Assembly (NCBI GenBank): GCA_964358065.1
Contig: CAYHNV010000002.1
Coordinates: forward strand, 1 to 54,760
Reading direction: 5' to 3'
Source: an uncultured Elusimicrobia bacterium
GTDB lineage: Bacteria; Elusimicrobiota; Elusimicrobia; UBA1565; UBA9628
DNA: 54,760 nucleotides
Shown: positions 17,046 through 25,339 of the stretch, one piece after another
How positions within the stretch are numbered: the first letter of the stretch is position 1
Layout of the letters: each line of letters starts with the position of its first letter
Notes under the pieces: model-generated
What the model was told of the DNA's origin: nothing
The model's database searches: none
Seen by the model: the letters and a program-made list of their open reading frames with translations, nothing else
Made by a program: the position numbers and the translations under genes

Positions 17046-17950
17046 GCCCCTTCCTCCATATCCGCCTTCATCGCGGCCAGCCCCTCGGCGAGGGTCATGG
17101 CCCGCACGCCGAGCTCCCGCTCCATGCGCGCGACGCGGAAGGTCGTGTTCTTCGGGCGCAGCGCGATGCCCGGAAAGCGAGAGCTGTCGACGCGCTTGAC
17201 GAGCTCCGCGTCCAGTCCGAACACGGCGGCGAGCTTGCGTCCGAACTGCCAGCGGTTCACCGAGTCTCGTCCGGCGAGGTGGAATATCCCCGAGGGGCGC
17301 TTCTTCAGGATGGCCCACAGGGCCTCTCCGCATTGATGGTTGTAGAGCGGGTTCTCGTGCACGTCGTCGACGAGATCCACGGCCTCGCCCTTAAGCAGCT
17401 TCTCGTAGATCCAGGTCGCGGGATTCGGGCGGGTGACCATGCGGTTCCAGCCGTACATCAGGATCGGGCGCACGATCGTCCACTTCTCGAGCGTCTCCTG
17501 CACGAGCCGCTCGCACTCGACCTTCAGTCGCCCATATTTGTTGACCGGCCGGACCGGGTCGGACTCGCGGTAGGGCGGCTTGGTCCCGTCGAAGACGGCG
17601 TTCGTCGAGACGTAGACCAGGTGGATGCCGCGCTGGCGGCAGGCGGCGGTCACGTTGAGCGTGCTGACGATATTGGACTCGAGACTCTCGGCGTAATGGC
17701 GTTCGACGTAGTCGACGCTGGCGATGCCGGCGGCGTGCACGACCGCGTCGAAGCGGTGTCGCGAGAACAGGCGCTCGACGGCGCGCTTGTCTCTCAGGTC
17801 GAGCGCCAGGTGCGTCGCGCGGCCTCTCGGCACCTTATAGTCGCGCAGATGGACGGAGACGATCTTGGTCCCCGCGGGGGCGGTCTCATCCATGCCCTTG
17901 CCGAGCAGGCCGGTGCCGCCGGTGATCAGGATGCTCTGCGGTTTCTTCAT
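17042..17950 (-). CDS. RmlD-like NDP-4-keto-sugar reductase (extended SDR)
   Basis: MKKPQSILITGGTGLLGKG and YGRLKVECE (YxxxK). About 300 aa. Confidence 0.65.
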   Translation of the reverse strand: MKKPQSILITGGTGLLGKGMDETAPAGTKIVSVHLRDYKVPRGRATHLALDLRDKRAVERLFSRHRFDAVVHAAGIASVDYVERHYAESLESNIVSTLNVTAACRQRGIHLVYVSTNAVFDGTKPPYRESDPVRPVNKYGRLKVECERLVQETLEKWTIVRPILMYGWNRMVTRPNPATWIYEKLLKGEAVDLVDDVHENPLYNHQCGEALWAILKKRPSGIFHLAGRDSVNRWQFGRKLAAVFGLDAELVKRVDSSRFPGIALRPKNTTFRVARMERELGVRAMTLAEGLAAMKADMEEGA

Positions 17951-19089
17951 GACAGCCATTCCCCTTCCCACAAGCCCTTGAAGAACTCCTGGACGGGAAG
18001 GAGGACGATCCCGTCTTCCGTTTTCCGGCGCGAACGCTCCAGGCAGACGACCAAAGAGTGTTTGAGTTTGACTTCCTCCCTCAGCGCGCGCAGACCCTTC
18101 AAGTCCCTTTCGGTCACGGAAGCCTTGGCCTTCACCTCGACGGCGACGGCGTCGCCCACCACGAAATCCACTTCGAATTGGGATTGGGAGCGCCAGTAGG
18201 TGAGCGGAACGGTCAGGCGGCGGTAATCCAGGAAAGACCGCAGCTCGAGGAAGACCTGATGTTCCAGGGCCTGCCCGAAAGACGCCGAACCCGGGGAATG
18301 GGACTCGATGTGCTTCAGGACGTTGGCGATGCCCACATCGAAGAGGTAGAACTTGGCCATGGCCACGGGCTTGCGCTTCAGGGTCTTCTGATAGGCCGGC
18401 AGCAGATGCCCCACCAAGGTGTCCACCAAGACTTGATAATGCTCCCGCACCGTCCGGGCCGGAACGCCGGCGTCGTTGGCCACGGCCGTGTAATTGACCT
18501 GTTCCCCGCTGGTCATCCCCGCCACATCCAGGAATCGGGAGAAATTCTCAATGGAACGGATCAGGCCCTCCGCCCGGATCTCTTCGCGCAGATAGGCGCC
18601 CACATAAGCTCTCAGATCCTCCAGAGGTCGTTGAGAATTCAAGATCGACGGCAACCCCCCGCGGTTGAGCCGCTGACTCAGGGGGACTCCAGCCGTCTCG
18701 GCGGAAACCAAGGGGTTCAGCGCGGCCATCCAGGCCCTTCCCCCGAGGAGATTGGCCGCTCCGCGGCGGAGCTTTCGGGCGCTCGAGCCCGTCATCACCA
18801 CCCGCAGCGATGGGTTGCGATCCAGCATCAGCTGGACCTCGTTGAGAAGGATGGGGAGTTTTTGGATCTCATCGATGACCAGGCATGATCTTCGGTCGGG
18901 ATGCCTCTGGCGCAGGCGCTCGGGGTGGGAACTCAACTCGTGAAAGGTCTCCGATTCCAGCAGATCGACGAAGACCGCCTCGGGAAGGGAGGCCCGGAGA
19001 AGAGTGCTTTTCCCGGTCTGCCGGGGGCCTAGCAGGAAAAAGGACTTATGGCTCAGGAGCGCGGGAAGGTCGAGGAGCCGTTTGTACAT
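17947..19089 (-). CDS. AAA+ ATPase with DUF4143 and a PD-(D/E)xK-like C-terminus
   Basis: Walker A GPRQTGKST and Walker B CLVIDEIQ. C-terminal EVDFVV...VAVEVKA. ATGA overlap with the downstream reductase gene. Confidence 0.75.
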   Translation of the reverse strand: MYKRLLDLPALLSHKSFFLLGPRQTGKSTLLRASLPEAVFVDLLESETFHELSSHPERLRQRHPDRRSCLVIDEIQKLPILLNEVQLMLDRNPSLRVVMTGSSARKLRRGAANLLGGRAWMAALNPLVSAETAGVPLSQRLNRGGLPSILNSQRPLEDLRAYVGAYLREEIRAEGLIRSIENFSRFLDVAGMTSGEQVNYTAVANDAGVPARTVREHYQVLVDTLVGHLLPAYQKTLKRKPVAMAKFYLFDVGIANVLKHIESHSPGSASFGQALEHQVFLELRSFLDYRRLTVPLTYWRSQSQFEVDFVVGDAVAVEVKAKASVTERDLKGLRALREEVKLKHSLVVCLERSRRKTEDGIVLLPVQEFFKGLWEGEWLS

Positions 19090-19102
19090 CGCGCATGTAT
19101 TA

Positions 19103-19126
19103 TGCCGAATTCCATCTAATTCGGCA
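19103..19126 (-). promoter_or_regulatory. perfect 9-bp inverted repeat (TGCCGAATT-N6-AATTCGGCA) in an AT-rich 66-bp gap
   Basis: Read directly from the sequence. It lies 30 nt after the GT4 stop (19156) and 14 nt before the ATPase start (19089). No U-tract follows, so its role (operator, RNA hairpin or weak terminator) is unclear. Confidence 0.3.
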
Positions 19127-19155
19127 ATAGAGTCGATATCGTCGTCTCCATTGGA

Positions 19156-20370
19156 TCACCGGTAGACGGCCCGCAGTCCGGCGGTCGTGTGTTCCAGGGA
19201 AAAGAGTTCGTGCTGGCGGCGCCTTGCCGCGTCGCCAAGGCGCTGGGCCAGGCAGCGGTCCTGCCCCAGCGTCACAAGCGCTTCCGCCAGCGCGGGCGCG
19301 GAGGCGGGCGGCACGAGCAGGCCCGTGACCCTGTCTTGGATGGCTTCCGGCACGCCGCCGACTGCGGTCGCCACGATGGGCTTGCCCAGCGCCATGGCCT
19401 CGAGGATGGCGTAAGGCAGGCCCTCGGTCTGGCTGGTCGGATGCGCGAGCACGTCGAAGGCCGCCAGCGCGTCGGCGGAGTCCCCGTCGTGATAGCCGGG
19501 GAAGGAGACCAGCTTCTCGACGCGCAGCGCGCGGGCCAGAGCCTTCAGCTCGCCGGCGGATTCGCCGTCGCCGACCAGCGCCAGGCGCAGGCCGGGGGCG
19601 CGCTTGAGTGCTGCGGGCAGGGCCTCGATCAGGTAGCGGTGTCCCTTGAGGGGATAGAGCGCTCCGAGGCAGCCGACCAGGATGTCGCCGTCGCCGAGCC
19701 ACCGCGCGCGCAGGCGCCGCGCGACGGCGGCGTCGGGCGCGGGCTCTGGGATTCCGGTGTGGACCGTGACGACCCGTGCTGCCGGGAAGCCGCGATGGCG
19801 CAGCAGGGCCTGACGCGCGGCTTCGCAGTTCACGACGAAGACGCCGACGTCCGCGAGCAGTTCCCGCTCCACCGACGGCTCGGGCGCGGGAGCGAAGACC
19901 GGATCATGGACGCTGAGGATGGAGTAGACGCGCCGGGGGATGCCGTGCTCGGCGGCGACCGCCGCCGCCGCGGCGCAGCTCAAAGCGCCCGGGTAGCCGC
20001 CGTTGACGATGTGGATCACGTCGGCCGGGCCGACGGCCTCGAGGGCGGCGCGGATCAGGCCCCGGCTAGGCTCGAAATGACGGCGGGTGACGGGGCGGGC
20101 GGCCCAGCGCGCCGGGGCGGCGGCCGCCAGGCGCGGCAGATGGCGGCCGAGGCGGTCGAAGAAGGGCGAGCGCGGCGCGATCGGCAGGCTGAGCCGCCGC
20201 AGCGGGCGGGCCACTCGCGCCGCCAAGCGTTCGGCGAAGCCCGGATGGTCGTTATGGATCAGGCAGACGTCCCAGTCGGCGGGCGCCGACGCGATCGCGT
20301 CGAACAGGAAGCGCTCGAGGCCTCCGTAGGCGCGGTTCTCGGTGTAGAAGACGAGGCGCTTGGGGCTCAA
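19156..20370 (-). CDS. GT4 glycosyltransferase
   Basis: Probable TTG start at 20370 (TTGA overlap with the upstream stop). EGLPYAILEAMALGKPIVATAVGGVPEAIQDRVTGLL. Confidence 0.75.
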   Translation of the reverse strand: MSPKRLVFYTENRAYGGLERFLFDAIASAPADWDVCLIHNDHPGFAERLAARVARPLRRLSLPIAPRSPFFDRLGRHLPRLAAAAPARWAARPVTRRHFEPSRGLIRAALEAVGPADVIHIVNGGYPGALSCAAAAAVAAEHGIPRRVYSILSVHDPVFAPAPEPSVERELLADVGVFVVNCEAARQALLRHRGFPAARVVTVHTGIPEPAPDAAVARRLRARWLGDGDILVGCLGALYPLKGHRYLIEALPAALKRAPGLRLALVGDGESAGELKALARALRVEKLVSFPGYHDGDSADALAAFDVLAHPTSQTEGLPYAILEAMALGKPIVATAVGGVPEAIQDRVTGLLVPPASAPALAEALVTLGQDRCLAQRLGDAARRRQHELFSLEHTTAGLRAVYR

Positions 20371-21221
20371 GGCGCTTTCTCCAAGTGGGCGATCAGGGTG
20401 TCGCACTTGCCTGCCGCCGCCAGCGAGGCCGCGTAGGCCGCGGTCAGGGCCGGGGTATCGAGGAACGACCAGGCCTGGTGTCCGCCGGGCAGGCCGCAGC
20501 TCAGCCAGTACAGGTGGTTGGAAAGGGGGTAGCGCTGGAACTGCTGGATGTCGATCACGCGCAGGCCGGCCGACAGGGCCAGGCGGCGCAGGGTCTCGGG
20601 GTTGAACAGGAACAGATGCTGGCTCCAGTATGTGAAGCGCTGGAAGGCGTCGTTGTCGTAGAGGGTCACGAGGGCGTCCTCGGAGCTCGGGACCTCGATG
20701 ATGAGGCGGCCCTTCTCGCCCAGGCGCGCGGCCAGGTCCTTGAGCATCGCGCGCGGGTCGGGCAGATGCTCGAGCACGTGGAAGGCGGTGATCAGATCGT
20801 AGCCCTTCCCGGCGTCCTCCAGGCGGGCATGGAGGGTGAGCTTGTCGCCCCAATGCTCCCGGACGCGCTTCTCGGGCTCGACCCCCGCGGCCTCGGCGGC
20901 GACCGTTTGGGCCTTCCGCAGGAATCCGGCGGCCCCGCAGCCGAAGTCCAGCGTTTTCCGGCCGGCCAGCAGGGTCTTGACCATGTCGAAACGGCGTTGG
21001 TCGTCCGTCTCGGTCTCCCGCAGCCACGATCCCATCAACGGCGCCTCCTGCCCGTGCATGCCGGAGCCCTCGTAATGACCGGACGAGACATGCGCGTGGG
21101 AGCTGAGTGTGACCAGGCCGCAGCCGGAGCACTCGAGGACCTTGAGGCTGGGATCGTCGCGCACGGCGCCTTTGCGGGCGGAGAAGTCGGACTGGCCGCA
21201 GAGGTAGCAGGTCATCTTCAT
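20367..21221 (-). CDS. class I SAM-dependent methyltransferase with an N-terminal Zn-ribbon
   Basis: CYLCG...CSGCG cysteine pairs and the LDFGCGAAGFL SAM motif. C-terminal QRYPLSNHLYWL. Confidence 0.8.
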   Translation of the reverse strand: MKMTCYLCGQSDFSARKGAVRDDPSLKVLECSGCGLVTLSSHAHVSSGHYEGSGMHGQEAPLMGSWLRETETDDQRRFDMVKTLLAGRKTLDFGCGAAGFLRKAQTVAAEAAGVEPEKRVREHWGDKLTLHARLEDAGKGYDLITAFHVLEHLPDPRAMLKDLAARLGEKGRLIIEVPSSEDALVTLYDNDAFQRFTYWSQHLFLFNPETLRRLALSAGLRVIDIQQFQRYPLSNHLYWLSCGLPGGHQAWSFLDTPALTAAYAASLAAAGKCDTLIAHLEKAP

Positions 21222-21241
21222 TGATTATATATAGTTATCCG

Positions 21242-22000
21242 ATGTCCTCCTCGCAGCCTCTGACGGATCCGGAGTTCTGGGACCGTTTTTGGGGGAACGT
21301 CCGTCTGCCAGCGTTTCCGGACGCCTCTCGGCGCTACGAGCGCTGCTTCCTGGAGATCTTTGAGCGTTTCTTTAAGCCCGATCCAGGCCTCCGGGTTTTT
21401 GAAGCCGGCTGTGCTCCCGGTGCTTGGCTTTCCTATTTCAGCCGCCATTTCGGTTATCAGGCTTACGGCTGTGACACGTCGCCGCGTGGGGTCGAACTGA
21501 CGCGGGAGAATTTCCGCCTTTGCGGCATCGCCGGCACGGTGGTCCAGACGGAATTTCTGGATGTTCCCGGCGAGGGCACCTTCGATGTGGTCTTGTCGCT
21601 GGGCTTCATCGAGCATTTCGCCGATCCGGGCCCCGTGCTGGACAAGCATGTGCGCCTGCTTAAGCCGGGGGGAGTTCTGGTGCTTGAGGTCCCGAACCTG
21701 GTTGGTCTCAACGCCTGGCTGGTTACCCCAGAATTGCTCGCGGTGCATAATCAGACGGTCATGAATAGGCTCTTTTTCGAGGACTTCGGGAGAAGTCGGG
21801 GGCTGGAAACACTCTTCCTGGGCTATATCGGCGGCTTCGAGCCGGACAACTTGGGGCCGCCGCGCCCGGCGCTGCTGCGCCGTGTCGTGCTGAAGGCGCT
21901 TCGAATCCTGCGGGCTCTTCCAGGCACGGGCAAGCTTAATTCCGTTCTCTTCAGCGGCTTCCTGATCGGTCTCTACCGTAAGCCGCGCGAAGTGCGCTGA
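21242..22000 (+). CDS. class I SAM-dependent methyltransferase
   Basis: ATG at 21242 (the track starts at TTG 21221). VFEAGCAPGAWL and LKPGGVLVLE. Confidence 0.7.
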   Translation: MSSSQPLTDPEFWDRFWGNVRLPAFPDASRRYERCFLEIFERFFKPDPGLRVFEAGCAPGAWLSYFSRHFGYQAYGCDTSPRGVELTRENFRLCGIAGTVVQTEFLDVPGEGTFDVVLSLGFIEHFADPGPVLDKHVRLLKPGGVLVLEVPNLVGLNAWLVTPELLAVHNQTVMNRLFFEDFGRSRGLETLFLGYIGGFEPDNLGPPRPALLRRVVLKALRILRALPGTGKLNSVLFSGFLIGLYRKPREVR

Positions 22001-23736
22001 AGCGTCTCTTCGACGAAAGCCCGGACAGCCGGCAGGCTGGGATCGAGGCCGCGGCCGTGGCGCGACAGGTATTCGGCGCGTGCCGCCTCCTCGCCGCAGG
22101 GGAGCTCCCCCGTGATCCAGAGCTCGAGAAGGGCGATGAAGGCATCATCATCCGCCGCGCAGGCGGCGGCGCGGCGAAGCGCGGGCTCGCCTTCCGGCGC
22201 GACATGAAATGGATCGCCGATATGGCAGGCAAGTTTGGCACCTTTGGCCATGGCCTGCAGCAGGCCGGTGCAGGGGTAATCCATGATGATGCCCTCATAG
22301 CCTGAAAAATAGCGGTCGGGATCGAGAGGAGACTGGTCGAAGCTCACGTTCTTGATTCCGCAGTTGGCGATGAATTCAGACAAAGGTTCATACAAGCACC
22401 AATTGTATTGGGCCGGATGCTGGCGCAGGACGAGGGTTGATTCAGGACGCCGCGCGAAAAGTTTGAGAACGCGGCGGTGGCGGCGGAACATGGCCGTATG
22501 ATCGGTCAGCGGATAGGAAAGGTTTCCGTCGGCGAACAAGGGGTTGCCGGGATTGAGGAGCAGAACATACAGGAACCGGCTTTTTTGCGGGCAAGCGGGC
22601 CGCAACTCGTCGAGCAAGGTGCTGCCCATTCGATAGACGCGGCCATCCGCGCGCAGACCGGAGAGGAAGGCGGCGTCGTCGGAGCCGTAAGCCAGATTAT
22701 GGCTGGCGGGGACGGTTTCAGCCGCGGCTGTCAGCCCGAAATGCTGCATGTAGCCGCCGTGCTGGTAGAAGACCGTAGGTAATGCCTGCGCCTTTAGAAA
22801 GTAATTGACCAAGTATTCCTCGGGCGAACCGCAGAACGTGCTGAGCGCGCCGCGCAGGTCATGGCGTTTGACCAGGTCTGGTATGTGTTCGGATAGGTGC
22901 CGACGCAGGAGCGCGTAGCGCGCGAAGCACTCCAGCGCGATCGCAAGAAGATGCGGCAGAGTCAGCGGCAGCGTCTGTTGGAATTCCTCTTCCAGCGCGG
23001 AACGAAAGCGCGCGGCGGTTTCGTCGTCGGCGGGGGCGCCTCCCAGCACCAGAGCCTCGGCGGCCAGTTCCGCAGCCGTGAACGAGGAGAACTGCGATTT
23101 TAGGAAAGGCCGTAACGGCGCCCAATCGTAGGCGAAGGCGGTCACCAGTCCCGGTTTTACGCCGCGCGGGGCCAAGCGCGCCAGCTTGCGTAAAAGACCG
23201 GCCGGAGTCAGACGCTTGAGGCGATTGACGAGCCGAGGCAGGAGTTCGGACCGGCGTCGTATGAGGGTGTGTCTCTTCGCCGGCACGACCCAGAAATAAA
23301 GAGCGGCGCGGTTGTAGATGTGATCATTCCAGGAGACGGCGGCGCGGGTGTGATGGGGCAGGTCGCTAAAAATATGGACATCGGCCTGCTCGAGCGAGCG
23401 CCGGCGCAGCTCCTCGGCGAGAGCGTAGTCGGCGAGCATCTTGAGTGGCGCCAGCAGGCCCAACCAGCTCTCGCGCTCGGCCCCGAATAGGTCGCGGAAC
23501 ACATGCTCCAGGCGAGTGAAGTTCTCCAGGCCGGAGGCGCGGAATTCGGCGGCATCGACGAGGGCGTCGTTATTCTTGAAAGGGATGTCGGCCTGCTCCA
23601 GCAGCCAGGCGGCCAGCGGGGTGACGGCGTAGACCTCGTCCCAAGGCCGGGCGCGGAGCGCTTCGATCAGGCCGTCTTCGACGACGGGGCGGCGGAGATC
23701 GACGACTGCGATCCGGCCCCTCAGCGTCTCTACCAA
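21973..23736 (-). CDS. hypothetical 587-aa protein, possible KpsC/KpsS-type (Capsule_synth-like) or sialyltransferase-like ulosonic-acid transferase
   Basis: No classical motif at the N-terminus. The C-terminal half has FLYVLLLNPGNPLFADG...LVLRQHPAQ...GIIMDYPCTGLLQAMAKGAKL, which resembles the Q-x-D...K-x-HP...nS-x-x-x-EAl pattern of HP-motif transferases. Confidence 0.35.
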   Translation of the reverse strand: MVETLRGRIAVVDLRRPVVEDGLIEALRARPWDEVYAVTPLAAWLLEQADIPFKNNDALVDAAEFRASGLENFTRLEHVFRDLFGAERESWLGLLAPLKMLADYALAEELRRRSLEQADVHIFSDLPHHTRAAVSWNDHIYNRAALYFWVVPAKRHTLIRRRSELLPRLVNRLKRLTPAGLLRKLARLAPRGVKPGLVTAFAYDWAPLRPFLKSQFSSFTAAELAAEALVLGGAPADDETAARFRSALEEEFQQTLPLTLPHLLAIALECFARYALLRRHLSEHIPDLVKRHDLRGALSTFCGSPEEYLVNYFLKAQALPTVFYQHGGYMQHFGLTAAAETVPASHNLAYGSDDAAFLSGLRADGRVYRMGSTLLDELRPACPQKSRFLYVLLLNPGNPLFADGNLSYPLTDHTAMFRRHRRVLKLFARRPESTLVLRQHPAQYNWCLYEPLSEFIANCGIKNVSFDQSPLDPDRYFSGYEGIIMDYPCTGLLQAMAKGAKLACHIGDPFHVAPEGEPALRRAAACAADDDAFIALLELWITGELPCGEEAARAEYLSRHGRGLDPSLPAVRAFVEETLQRTSRGLR

Positions 23737-24566
23737 GTCGTTCGACCGCCGTCGATGACGACGTTGGTCCCCGTCATGTAGGAGGATGCGTCGGATACCA
23801 TGAATTGGACGGCGCCCTTGTACTCGTCTTTGCGTGCCATGCGCCCGATGGGGATCAGCGACGAAAGCCGCGCGACGAAGTCCTCATTCTGGTTGTGGCG
23901 TACTCCGCCCGGCGACAGGGTGTTGACGCGCACGCCGTCCTGCGCCCAATAGGTGGCGAGGTAGCGGGTCAGGCCCACGAGCCCGCTCTTGACGACGGAG
24001 TAGCTGACGGGTTTGACGGGCTGGTCGCGCTCGGCAAGGCCGGGCCGGCGATAGAGGCGCTGGTCGGGCGCGATCACCGCCAGATCGGACGCGATATTGA
24101 GGATGACGCCACGTCCGCGCCGAGCCATCTCGGCACCCAGCACGCGGCTGCACAGGAAGGCGCCCGTCAAGCCGACGGCCAGGTCCTTTTCCCATTGCGC
24201 GACGGGAAAGGCCTCGAGCCGCGACCAGTGGCCGCCGCCCTTAGCCGACGGGCCGACTTTTGGGTCGTTGGCGGCGTTGTTAATCAGGATGTCCACGCGG
24301 CCGAAGCGCTTGAGGACGGTCTTAAGAAGATCTTTGACGCATGCCTCGTCGGTGATGTTGCAGCCGACTCCCAGGGCCTGGGTTTTGAAGCGCTTCGCCA
24401 AAGAGGCCGCAGCTTTGGTCGCCTTGGCCGCGTCGATGTCGGCGAGGACGGGACGGCCTCCGGCCTCGGCCACGGCCTCGGCGTGCATGAGGCCGAGCAG
24501 GCCGGCACCGCCGGTGATGACGGCGACGCGGCCATTGAGCCTGAATCGGGACAAGGGTTTCGTCAT
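23730..24566 (-). CDS. short-chain dehydrogenase/reductase
   Basis: VAVITGGAGLLG, NNAA, YSVVKSG (YxxxK). Confidence 0.8.
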   Translation of the reverse strand: MTKPLSRFRLNGRVAVITGGAGLLGLMHAEAVAEAGGRPVLADIDAAKATKAAASLAKRFKTQALGVGCNITDEACVKDLLKTVLKRFGRVDILINNAANDPKVGPSAKGGGHWSRLEAFPVAQWEKDLAVGLTGAFLCSRVLGAEMARRGRGVILNIASDLAVIAPDQRLYRRPGLAERDQPVKPVSYSVVKSGLVGLTRYLATYWAQDGVRVNTLSPGGVRHNQNEDFVARLSSLIPIGRMARKDEYKGAVQFMVSDASSYMTGTNVVIDGGRTTW

Positions 24567-25339
24567 GAGAGGCTCCTGGTCTGTCCGCCGTCGACGACGA
24601 GCGCGGCTCCGGTGATGAAGGCGGCGCGGCTCGAGGCGAGGAAGGCGACGGCGTCGGCAATCTCCTTGGGAGAGCCGAAGCGCGCCATCGGCACTTTGGC
24701 GCGGATGTGTCCGGTCACCTTGGCGCTGTCTTCCTTGCGCTTAATGTCCCACGTGCCGCCGGGGAAATCGATATTGCCCGGTACGACGGCGTTGACTCGG
24801 ATGGAGTCCTTCGCCAGGTCGCGGGACAGAGCCTTCATCCACGCGTGCAGGGCGGCCTTGGCCGATGAGTAGGCGACCGGCGCGCCAAGATCCTCGAGGC
24901 CGGCGATTGAGCCCACGATGACGATGGCGCCGCCCTGGCGCTTGAGCGCGGGAGCCGCGTGGCGTACGGCGCAGATGGGCGCGCGCAGGTTCTGGCTCAA
25001 CGCCAGGTCCCAGTCCGCGTCGGTGGGGAGGGAGCCGCCGGGGATGCTGCCCGTTCCAACATTGATCGCGGTGATGTCCAGACGCCCCCAGCGCTTCAGT
25101 ATGCCGACGACGGCCGCGGCGGACTGATTGTCCACGGAGAGATCGGCGGCGTAGGCGGCGATTCGATCGGTCCCGAACTCTTTTCCCAGGCATGCGACGC
25201 TTTCGGCCAGTGGCCCGGTCGAGCGCGCGGTCAGGGCGACACGGCAGCCTTCAGCGGCCAGACCGCGCGCGATCGCGAGCCCGATGCCGCGGGATGCGCC
25301 GGCCACCCATGCGACCTTATCCTTGAGCCCTAGATCCAT
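24563..25339 (-). CDS. short-chain dehydrogenase/reductase (FabG-like)
   Basis: AWVAGASRGIGLAIA and YSSAKAAL. ATGA overlap with the downstream SDR. Confidence 0.8.
   Translation of the reverse strand: MDLGLKDKVAWVAGASRGIGLAIARGLAAEGCRVALTARSTGPLAESVACLGKEFGTDRIAAYAADLSVDNQSAAAVVGILKRWGRLDITAINVGTGSIPGGSLPTDADWDLALSQNLRAPICAVRHAAPALKRQGGAIVIVGSIAGLEDLGAPVAYSSAKAALHAWMKALSRDLAKDSIRVNAVVPGNIDFPGGTWDIKRKEDSAKVTGHIRAKVPMARFGSPKEIADAVAFLASSRAAFITGAALVVDGGQTRSLS

Noticed and set aside
19107-19112. GAATTC (EcoRI site) at the centre-left of the palindrome as a hint of a restriction-modification link
   Set aside because: A single 6-mer occurrence has no statistical weight, and no methylase or endonuclease genes are present in the window.
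21973-22000. 28-nt convergent overlap between the 21242..22000 methyltransferase and the 587-aa gene
   Set aside because: Short 3'-3' overlaps are common in compact genomes. I see no hairpin or other structure there.
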